Assembly: GCA_010093745.1 (NCBI GenBank)
Contig: MU006010.1
Span: 1-64,000, forward strand
Origin: Piedraia hortae CBS 480.64
Lineage: Eukaryota
DNA: 64,000 bases
Direction of reading: 5' to 3'
Of the stretch, positions 24,485-34,855 are shown in pieces; position 1 is the first letter of the stretch, and each line of letters begins with the position of its first letter. Under the pieces are notes generated by a model that searched no databases, was not told the DNA's origin, and was given only the letters and a program-made list of their open reading frames with translations. A program made the translations under genes and the position numbers.

Positions 24485-25759
24485 ATGTCATTGGTGTCTT
24501 CGCCATCCCCGCCAAGGGTGCTTCTGCCCCGGCCATTGCAGTCTCCTGTTTGGATGCCGCAGCTTCGACGGGTGGCCGCTACATATACGCCAAGACAAAT
24601 TGATCTGCCGGAGATGAATCCAACTGTAACAAACGCACAATATCAATCAAATGCGCTGGTTCCATGGAGCCACGAGCTACTATCTGCCGCGGCCGACGTT
24701 GTTCAATACAGCACGTCCTGCTATAGGGAGCTTTTGCACCATGGATCAGATGAGGAGATCACGCAAGCGGAGACAGAGATGCAAGCAGCACTTACTATGT
24801 GGGCGGCAATAGACGAGCGCAGTCTAAATGATGCCATGGCTGGACTTGAGCGCACCGCTCCCTACCCCGTGGCCCAACCAGCATCTCTTGCATCTCCATG
24901 GCTCCCTCGACAACTGTCAAGGTTACGGAGACCAAGTCCCCAGCAAATCAATGCAAGTTATCGCACGGATGATTAGGAAGAAATCCCTGCTGATTCCTCG
25001 GATGATGAAGAGAGCTACCTGTCAAGGGAAAGGACTCTACGTTACACTCCCGAACAGCTCCGTAACATCAGAAATGGTGGCAATGGTGATGATCACATCT
25101 CGCCAGCACCCATGACTCCTACCAGGATGGCCCGTCCATTGAACGAGAGCCTGCCTTCAAGCCCACCCTCGCCAGCGTTGGTCACGCGACAGAACCAACC
25201 AGTCTTTTTGTGGAATCATGAGGAAAACACTCCAATCACAGTATTCGACTGGCATTCTGAAGAACCTGCATCCCCACCGGGATGTATTAGACGATGTTTT
25301 CACGAGTTTCATATTGCCCACTACAGGTGCGAGGAGCATGGCTTCTTGCACTCGTACTTTGACCTGATAATCAGATGGGACGATTGCGTAGAAGAACAAG
25401 TTTCGGAAATTATGTTCTTCAACCTCACAGAGCATAACAAGGACAGGATCCCGGGCTCAGGTGTTGTGAACGATTCGCCCGAAGCGGTCCGTGTCCTCTG
25501 GAGGGGAGGATTACCACTGAAGATGTATCTGGCATGGGTCGCTGAGAGTTATCTCGAAACCGCTTCTCTCGTCATGCCGTGGGAAGTCGAGGATGTTATT
25601 GAAATCATGCAAGAGTGGAATGCCTTTTACGACCAACTCTTGTCTGGCGAACTGAGCTTGAGTGATGAATTGTTCTTCTGCCATGATCGAGGAAAGTGTC
25701 GTGGTTGGATGAATAATACTTCGCCCCAAAAGGTTTTTGTTATACCAACAGGACAATGA
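24485..25759 (+). pseudogene. Orphan ORF (~380-424 codons) interrupted by one in-frame TAG at 24974-24976; pseudogene or recoded gene
   Basis: ORFs 24485..24976 and 25112..25759 share a frame and 24977-25111 is open. I found no convincing intron that removes the stop. Confidence 0.5.
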
Positions 25760-25968
25760 GATTTTAATCTCGCTTTTGCGGGAATTATAGTAATAAGTTC
25801 TTTTCCCGATTCCAACTCCTATGTAGGCCCATGTGGGAAAGTTCTGCGTTTTGATGAAGATAAAATCTTGCCAGACAAGAACATCTCATGCTGCTATGTG
25901 GTGACACTCTCCACAGGGAGGGAGCTTTTTAAACTCTACTCGGCCGCTCCTCTTAAATTGGAAAGTAC

Positions 25969-25977
25969 AAAAAAAAA
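25969..25977 (-). terminator. Pol III oligo-T terminator of tRNA-Leu
   Basis: A9 on the plus strand equals T9 on the minus strand, 3 nt after the discriminator base. Confidence 0.85.
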
Positions 25978-25980
25978 TTT

Positions 25981-26077
25981 TGCTGCGGACGCGGTTCGAA
26001 CGCGCGCGGGTTTCCCCAGTAGAGGTTTAGGTTGTGAAAACTTAAATCTACCGCCTTGACCACTCGGCCACCGCAGC
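25981..26077 (-). tRNA. tL(UAA): tRNA-Leu(UAA) with a 16-nt intron (26025-26040) and long variable arm
   Basis: Minus strand GCTGCGG TGGCCGAGTGGTCAAGGC GGTAGA TT-TAA-G [intron] C TCTAC TGGGGAAACCCGC GCGCG TTCGAAC CGCGT CCGCAGC A. A and B boxes present; acceptor stem pairs. Confidence 0.95.
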
Positions 26078-26217
26078 TTTTTGGTAGTTCGGATATTGCC
26101 GAGAGTGAGATTTAACCAAAAATGAACATTTAACCGACGTTTTGCCGCCCGTGCCTGCTGTCACCGAGCTTCGACCGACAACAACAGCAAGCAGTCGAGC
26201 CGCACAAGACAGAGACA

Positions 26218-26643
26218 ATGGCCGACACAAACCCTACAAAGTCGCCTACTGGCGTACAGCCGCCGTCTATCCTGCGCTCTGGCCGCCCGCTCAGCGAAGC
26301 GCTTTTGAATGACAAGGCACGGGTGGACCACATACTACCGGGATAACATGCTGACGTCGATCTATATGCAGTGGGACCATTGTATGAGCACGCTTCTCAT
26401 CCGCAGCACACTTGGCGCGTCCTTTGGCGTCATTTTCTCCTTTTTGCTGTTCAAGAGACGGGCTTGGCCGGTGTGGGCTGGTTTGGGCTTTGGGGCTGGA
26501 CGCGCATGGGAAGAATGCGACAGCGTACGTATCTACAAAGCGTCTGGGGGAGAACATGACGGGCTGACTGCAAACTACAGAGCTTCAAGCGCGCAGCGTT
26601 TCCTTCGAGGGATGGACTGAGGGTTGTACGCGAGAGGGAATAG
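26218..26643 (+). CDS. MIC10: MICOS subunit Mic10 (DUF543); 2 introns
   Basis: SEALLNDK|WDHCMSTLLIRSTLGASFGVIFSFLLFKRRAWPVWAGLGFGAGRAWEECD: Gly motifs flanking KRR. Confidence 0.92.
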
Positions 26644-26834
26644 AGTGAGTCTGATTATTGTACAAGTCTTCCAAAGCAATCCAGCTGTCTGCGCAGACGG
26701 TTGTTACATTTACGTCCATCCAAGTCCTTTTCCAGAGCGCAAGACGCGCAGGCGGCCGCCGATTCGTCGCAGCCTACACGTGATGTCATAGTTTGCCCCA
26801 TCGGCTGGTTCGAACCCTCTTCACCTTTCCCACA

Positions 26835-28397
26835 ATGTCACACACTGTCGCTCGGCGTGCTCTACACTGCAGTCGGAGGTTGCCGGTCGCATCGCCATTT
26901 GCGCGACGAATAGCGCGCGGGTCCGGCGCTGCGGTTCGAAGTTATGCCTCCGAGTCGGCGCCGCGGAAAGCTTCGGTGGCGGAGACTGTAAGGCAAGATC
27001 AAAAGGCGTTCTTCGACGAGACGGGTGTCGGACCGCGCCATGTTGAGCTCTCCGGCCTGGGCGTGCCGGGCGATACGGCGCTGAGTCCAGCAGCGGGGAT
27101 CTTAAAGAAGGCGACTATCATGGACGAGGGAACGCGCCCAATCTATCTGGACATGCAAGCGACGACGCCAACAGACCCGCGCGTGGTCGACGCCATGCTT
27201 CCATTTATGACAGGGTTGTATGGGAACCCGCACTCGCGAACCCACGCTTACGGCTGGGAGACGGACACAGCCGTTGAACAGGCGAGGACGCACATTGCGA
27301 GCCTCATTGGCGCAAATCCAAAGGAAATCATCTTCACCAGCGGCGCGACCGAAAGCAACAACATGAGCATCAAGGGCGTGGCGCGGTTTGCAAAGCGGTC
27401 GGGCAAGAATCCTCATGTTATAACTTGCCAAACCGAGCACAAGTGCGTGCTGGACAGCTGCCGCCATCTGCAGGATGAAGGCATAAATGTCACCTATCTG
27501 CCCGTGCAGAGCAATGGTCTCATCAACCTCGAGGACTTGGAGAAGGCCATGAGACCTGAGACGTGTCTGGTATCGATCATGACGGTGAACAATGAAATCG
27601 GAGTAGTGCAGCCCGTCGAGGAGATTGGTAGGCTGTGCCGAAGTCGGAAAATCTTCTTCCACACGGATGCCGCACAGGCTGTGGGCAAGATACCGATCGA
27701 CGTGAACAAGATGAACGTTGACTTGATGTCTATATCGGCTCACAAGATTTACGGCCCCAAGGGAATGGGTGCCTGCTACGTGAGGCGACGTCCAAGAGTT
27801 CGTCTTGACCCCATCATATCAGGCGGAGGCCAGGAGCGCGGGCTGAGATCGGGCACTCTTGCCCCATCCCTGGTCGTTGGTTTCGGTGAGGCAGCAAGAG
27901 TCGCGCAAGAGGAGATGCAGGTAAGATATTGCTACCTGTTGCCATAATACAGAATGGCAGCTGACTTTATACAGTATGACACCAAGTGGGTGACATATCT
28001 GTCCAAAAAGCTTTCGAGCGGATTACTGGCTATGGAACACACGACGCTCAACGGCGACCCCACTAGACACTACCCCGGCTGCGTAAATGTATCATTTGCC
28101 TACGTCGAGGGCGAGAGTCTACTGATGGCGCTAAAGGACATTGCACTCTCGTCTGGCTCCGCCTGCACCTCGGCATCGCTAGAGCCGAGCTACGTGTTGC
28201 GTGCCCTGGGCAGCTCAGACGAATCAGCGCATTCGAGCATCCGCTTCGGCATTGGTCGGTTCACTACCGAAGCAGAGATAGACTACGTCCTGCAAGCGGT
28301 GCGTGAAAGGGTACAGTTTTTGCGGGATCTAAGCCCGTTGTGGGAGTTGGTGCAAGAGGGAGTGGATCTGAACACAATTGAGTGGAGCCAGCATTAG
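26835..28397 (+). CDS. NFS1: Mitochondrial cysteine desulfurase; 1 intron
   Basis: [38 protein letters not shown] and SSGSACTS motifs; Arg-rich presequence. Confidence 0.97.
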
Positions 28398-28611
28398 CGT
28401 GTAATATATTTGTCGGAGATCCGAAACTATTCCCTGTCTCATGCACTATACATGCCTCAGGCACAATATCTTACGCGCGCGCTGTGCCTCAGGCACCTAC
28501 ATCGCCACAAAAACGTTTCGGCACACAACCCCTTCCCCAATCCGCGTTACAGCTTCGTCTTTGGGGGCATGTGCCGGCCTTGCCACTCTCATTAATCCTC
28601 CAGATTCCATC

Positions 28612-30050
28612 ATGGCCACCAGCAATTTCCGAACGCGACATTTTCTTCGACTTCTCTTGGGCGCCGGCGCAATTATTGGTGTAATTCACCTATTTAACAG
28701 AGGCCATCTGAGTCCAGACTCGCTGCATTCGTCGTTGGGAATCGGACGAACCTCGCCATTCACACCGCCCGAGGATATTGACCAGACGCCGCTGCCATGT
28801 TCGGAGCTCGAAGGTGCCAACGATACCGTCGTGATCATGAAGACGGGAGCCACGGAGATGCAGGCTCGGCTACCCGTCCATCTGTCTTCTACGTTTCGCT
28901 GCTACCCCAATAGACTGGTTATTTCCGACCACGTCGAAGACTACTACGGTCACAAGACGATAGACGCCCTCGAATACGTTACCTCGGATGTAAAGGCGTC
29001 CAATCCAGACTTCATCCTGTGGCGGCGGCTGAGGAAAAATGGGCGCAAGGGCCTCACACAACAGGATCTCAGCATGGCCAAGACAAAGGTCACAGATGCG
29101 CTGGGCAAACCCGACAATCCTGGCTGGAAGCTGGACAAATGGAAGTTCCTGCCCATGGTCAACCGCACCCTGTTTGAATATCCGAGCAAACAATGGTACA
29201 TCTTCGTGGAAACAGACACTTATATCATGTGGAGCACGACGCTCGCGTGGCTGAACACGTTGAACGCATCTGAGCCGATATATCTCGGGGCGCAGATGCA
29301 AATCGGCGATGTCATCTTCGCCCACGGCGGGTCCGGCTTCATCTTGTCCCAGGCTGCCATGCGCAATGTCGTCGAGCTCTTCCGGCACGAGCAGCGCAAA
29401 TGGGAGGGGTTCACGCAGGAACATTGGGCGGGCGATTGCGTTCTCGGCCGTGCCGTTCACGCTTCTGGCTGCCCCTTGACCTGGGCTTGGCCAATCTTCC
29501 AAGGAAACAAGCCCGGCGCTGTCCAATACGGCGAGGACAACTACTCTAAACGGCTGTGGTGTTATCCGACCATCTCTTACCATCACATGTTGCCTGAAGA
29601 AATCAAAGATCTATGGACTTGGGAGCAGGAAAGGATAGCAAGGGTGAGTAAGGTGAGCCCAACAAGAGAACTTTTTCCTAATTCCATACACAGAACGAGC
29701 CGCTGGTACGCCATCACAACGTGTTCAACGACTACATTTTGCCTCGCATTGCATCCGGCTCGGAGCAGAAACCTTTCATGTCCGACTGGAACAATCTCTC
29801 GCCCGACCTGATCCCTCATGTGAAGAACGTCATCGAATGCCGCGAAAAGTGTGAAAATGAGCCAAACTGTGTGCAATTTGTCTTTTACGAAAACCAATGC
29901 AAACACTCTACGGCCCCGCTGCTTGGCGAAGGCGCAAGAGGTGCGCGGTCGGGCTGGCTGCTCGATCGAGTTGAAAGATTCAGAGATAGCAGGGACCAGT
30001 GTAAGGATGAACTTTGGATCGATTTACCCAAGATAAGAAGGGAGGACTGA
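28612..30050 (+). CDS. Glycosyltransferase family 31, type II membrane protein; 1 intron
   Basis: N-terminal TM, KTGATE, GWKLDKWKFLPM, ETDTY, FAHGGSG, WAGDCVL, SYHH, and a C-terminal Cys-rich PAN-like segment. Confidence 0.88.
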
Positions 30051-30362
30051 ACACTTATTGTATGACTAGGAGGACCAGTGGAGTTATTTTGGAACCTGGC
30101 CAGTGATACAAATAGATGTGACAAATGACGCAGCGAAAATCCGGAACCCTGCATGCGGCACCATGGTGGCTCTCGCGTGGCTTGACACCTGTCATGATGA
30201 ACGCGGGGTAAAATCACCGGGGAAACGTCCCCACAAATCTCTCCCGCAAGGACAACACACGAGAACGTCCGAACCCATCTCAAACCCGAGCAGCAATAAA
30301 AAAGACCAAAAGAAGCCATCTCAAGCCGTGCGCCCAAACACGAAAAAAATAACGGTTCCCTC

Positions 30363-30427
30363 NNNNNNNNNNNNNNNNNNNNNNNNNNNNNNNNNNNNNN
30401 NNNNNNNNNNNNNNNNNNNNNNNNNNN
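30363..30427. other. Assembly gap (65 N)
   Basis: Run of N. Confidence 1.
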
Positions 30428-30445
30428 ACCTAACGGGTCTCAAAT

Positions 30446-31307
30446 ATGGAATCCCTCCTCTCCCTCTCATTCGACAACCTCTCCTCACGCGAACACGGCC
30501 GCATCCGCAAAGGCATCCGCCAAATCGACGGTTTGCTCGCACAAATCTGTCTCCCCAGTACCCTTCTCTCGCCTGACGATAGCGGCGGTGCGGGGGATGA
30601 AGCAAGGGAGAAGACGAAACCGCTCGCTTCGTTGAAAAAAGACGCGGCCTTTAGAGATTTTTTTAGGATTCAAGAGGGGTTTAGATGGAATGGTAGGCAT
30701 CATCATCCCATCCTTCAAGAAGGAATGCAGTGCTGATTGGACAGTGGCGACACGGTTAATCTGGACGTTGGAGAGGCTATTGGGGGTTCAGGCATCTCCA
30801 TCTTCTGATGCATTGTTGCTTACCCTCCTTTCGACATTACAGGGTCTCTTGCTACTACATCCGCCTTCGAGAATCCTCTTTGCGACGGAAGATACGATGA
30901 ACCTCCTTCTGGATTTGCTGGATCCAAAGGCTAATCCCCCGACTGTGCTCTCGCAAGCTTTGCTAGTTCTTGTTACGGCGTTATTGGATAATCCCGCGAA
31001 TACAAGGGTTTTTGAGGCTGTTGATGGGTTGTTGACGGTTACGAGTTTGTTGAAGAGTAAGAGTACCACGCAGGAGGTCAAGATGCGCGCTTTGGAGGTA
31101 ATGTACTTTTATCTTATGCCTGAGAAACCTCCTGCAAGGCCAAAGCAGGATGAGACCGACGAAGGCGACTCTGGAGCAAGACAAAACACAAAATCCACGG
31201 CCCAAAAACAACGACTGCTCGGCAGACACTTGAACAATGTCGCTGAGCTTGTTAGGGATTTGCAGGAGAATGCCGTTTTTGGCACAGCCATGCCGGCCGG
31301 AAGTTAA
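30446..31307 (+). CDS. Cdc14 SIN component (S. pombe Cdc14-like, not the phosphatase); 1 intron
   Basis: MESLLSLSFDNLSS...IRKGIRQIDGLLAQICL, FFRIQEGFRWN|VATRL, QGLLLLHPPSR, NTRVFEAVDGL and YFYLMPE. Confidence 0.88.
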
Positions 31308-31447
31308 CAACTTTTCAGACATTCAACTTTAGCGGGCGCTGGGCGTTGGGATTAGGCATGTTCATAATCAGAATCGTATTGTCACTGTCCGGGGCTACGA
31401 AACTAGTATCATACAGCCGATCGAACCCAGAAATCTAGACGACCACC

Positions 31448-33654
31448 TTAGATGAGCTGCCTAAATGCCCGGTTCAGAGGCGAACGCAGCGGCTTCACAT
31501 CCTTGTAGAAATCAACCGTGGCCACTGCGCGCTTAGCAACGCCTTCAGGAGTGAAATCGAATTTCTGCCCAGAAGTCAGCATTCTCCTTAACCAAACAAG
31601 ACACAACTCGCCTTATACACCTCCTTGTAAGGGCCAGAAGCTCCGTACCGGTTGAGGCCAAACTGCTCGTGCGAGTACTTTTCCCATCCCAGGGTGCTCA
31701 TCACCTCCACCGACATTGCAGGAATGCCATCCGGGATGCAGCTAAGCCTGTATTCCGACGACTCCATGTCAAAAGCCTCCACACACGGGAGAGAAACAAC
31801 GCGCGCCTTGACATTATTCTTCTCGGCCAGGTACTTGGCGGCATCGATACAGAGCGAAACTTCTGAGCCAGTCGACACCAGTGTGATTTGCGCACCTTGC
31901 GTCTCCAAAGCGACATAACCTCCCTTGGCAGCCTTTTCCATGCTGCTATTCTCCAGCTGCGGAAGATTCTGGCGTGTGAGTGCGAGAATCGAAGGCTGGT
32001 CTCGCGTATTGAGGGCGCGGTAATAAGCAGCGCTCGTCTCGTTGCCATCGGCCGGACGCCAGACCATCATGTTGGGCATAGCACGGAAGTGAGCTAAAGT
32101 CTCGATTGGCTGATGCGTAGTTCCATCCTCACCCAGCCCAATAGAATCGTGCGTTGCAATGTAGATGACTCGGCGATGCGAGATAGCAGAGAGACGAACA
32201 GCACCTGAGGCATATGACACAAAGTTCAAAAAGGTGCCACCGGCCGGGATCACAGTGCCATACGCAGCCATTCCATTCATCATACCAGCCATGCCATGCT
32301 CACGCACACCATACCGGAGATAGCGGCCTTCCCACTTGCCAAGGCCAGTCGATGGCGGCTGGAAATCCACGGCATCCTTCCAGCGCGTGTTGTTGGATCC
32401 CGTCAAGTCGGCCGAGCCCGACAGCAACTCAGGCACATACCCATGAATTGCTTCCAGTACAGCCTCGGACAGCTTCCGCGACGCTACGGCGCTGTCTGTG
32501 GGCTTGTAAACCGGGAGCTTCTTCTCCCACCCCTCAGGAAGCTTGCCGTTAATGCGGCGCTTGAAATCATCGGCAAGCTCCTTGTGCTCCGACGAATACT
32601 TTTCCAAAAGTTGCCACCACTGCTTTGAGGCTTCAATGCCCTCCTGAGCGTGCTTATGGTAATGTTCATAGACCTCTTGAGGAACCACAAAAGACTTTTC
32701 GGGATCAAAGCCAAACTTAGCCTTGACCTGCTTACAATCGTCTTCCTTCAATGGGTTGCCATGCACTCCACCAGTGCCCTGGAGCTTCGATCCAAAGCCG
32801 ATGGTGGTTGTCAGGCGAATCATCGACGGCTTGTCCTTGACCTCCTTGGCCTTCCTGATCGCCTCCTCAATGGCGTCAACGTCGTGATCACCATCCTTGA
32901 CCCACTGGCAATGCCAGCCGTAAGCCTCAAAGCGCTGCATGACATTCTCCGTGAAGGCTACATCAATGTTGCCATCAATGGAGATGTGATTGTCGTCGTA
33001 AATGGCAATGAGGTTACCCAGCTGCAAATGACCAGCTAGCGATGCGGCCTCGGAAGCGACGCCTTCCTGGGCACAACCATCACCAAAGAACACATATGTG
33101 TGGTTGGTCAAAAGATCAAAGCCAGGCCTGTTGAAGACAGCTGCTGAGTGGGCCTGAGCCACGGCCAAACCGACGGCATTGGCGAAGCCCTGACCCAGGG
33201 GGCCCGTGGTAACCTCCACACCGGGAGTGTCAAAAGATTCTGGATGACCCGGAGTGCGGCTGTCGATTTGACGGAATTGCTTCAAGTCTTCCATGGTAAG
33301 GTCGTATCCAAAGAGGTGTAGCACAATGTACTGCAGCAGACAAGCATGACCATTGCTGTTTGATGCCGTCAGCCTCTGCAACGCGCCCAAGCGTGAAGTA
33401 CATACGAAAGAACAAAGCGATCGCGGTTCATCCACTGTCCGTCCTTTGGGTTAAAGGTCATAAACTTGTTGAAAAGAACATGGGCAGCCGGAGCGAGGCC
33501 CATTGGGGCTCCTGGGTGCCCCGAATTTGCCTTGAACGTAGCATCGACCTGGGTTCCATCAGAATCAGTATTGGTAGATAGAGGAGGGGAAAGTACAAAC
33601 GGCCAAGGTACGGATGGTGTTGATACACAACTCGTCAAGTTTTGACATAGGCAT
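31448..33654 (-). CDS. TKL1: Transketolase; 3 introns, the last GC-AG
   Basis: [38 protein letters not shown] (TPP-binding), YGVREHGM and [15 protein letters not shown]. Confidence 0.97.
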
Positions 33655-34083
33655 GATAGACGTTCTTCGACTTGTTGAGTGACAGGAAGGGGATTTTGTT
33701 GAGGAGTAAAAGCCGTCGTAGCGGGGTGCTGCCCCGCTGTCGTGAAGGTCAGACTTGGCTTACGTCACTGATGCTCCAACTGCAGCGAAAAAAGTTAGCA
33801 AAGTCTCCGGAGTGAAGCCGTTCAGATATCGGCCCTATTATGTTATCGGGAGAAGAACGTGCTGCGTAGCGTGATGTTACTAGTGCAACTTCAGCTGACA
33901 TTGGCAATCGTATCGCTGACTGACCGAACTCGGGACATCTTCAGCCATCATCAGCCCAGTAACCGTAACGATGCATTTGAAGGATTGTGTGCAATGTTGT
34001 AAGAGGAACTGGTACAATGTCGATGAGGTCAAAGCTACTTGGCTCTCGTGGACCTGCACTTTTGCTCTCGCCACGTCCCGCAT

Positions 34084-34610
34084 TTAGTCCTCCTCCTCCT
34101 CAGCATCATCGCCGACAACGTTGAAGAACTTCAGCGTGTATTCCCCCTTGTTGGTGCTCACCACCCGCAGCCAGTCGCGGAGCTGCTGCTTCTTCAAAAA
34201 CTTCTTGGTCAGATACTTCAGGTAACGACCCGAGAACTCCTGATGAGCCACAACCTCGATGCGTCCGTCGCCGAGACTGGTGACGGTGATGGTATCACCT
34301 AAGTTGCCGGTGCGACCATCAACCTTGATACGTTGCTGGAGAAACGTAGCGAATGCCGAAGGGTCAAAGATGCGATCCTGCGTCGGCTGAGTGGCGTTGA
34401 GGATGAACTGTGCACTGCAGTCAGTAGAGTATTATACGTCTCATAATTGACCAAACCAACCTTCTTGGTCACCTTCTGGCCTCTCTTGGATGCGCCTTTG
34501 GCATTTCCGCTGCCGGCGATTTTCTATATGCTCTCAGCCTACTGCTCAGTGCCAGCCAGCTAGGGCCTCAACATGCAGCAAAGCGAGGTACATACGTTAA
34601 TGGGAGCCAT
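34084..34610 (-). CDS. RPL22: 60S ribosomal protein L22e; 2 introns
   Basis: Spliced minus-strand reading KVTKK|FILNATQPTQDRIFDPSAF...IKVDGRTGNLG...[49 protein letters not shown]. Absent from the ORF track. Confidence 0.95.
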
Positions 34611-34855
34611 TTCAAAAGTGTCTGGATTTTGTTGTGTTGACGCAAAGAAATGGTTATCCTACGTCTGCGGGCGGGGAGTCGTGAGGAAAAGAGCGGCGGA
34701 AATTCAGTGTGCGCGCGGAACCACCCGTTGCGGAATCAACTCCGCTAAATCTGAAATCTGATGTATCATGGCCACGCAGCAGGCACTGTCAATCTACTTC
34801 CATTCACCTACACTACGGAATATATAGTACATCATCATTGGTCATTGCGCATAAT

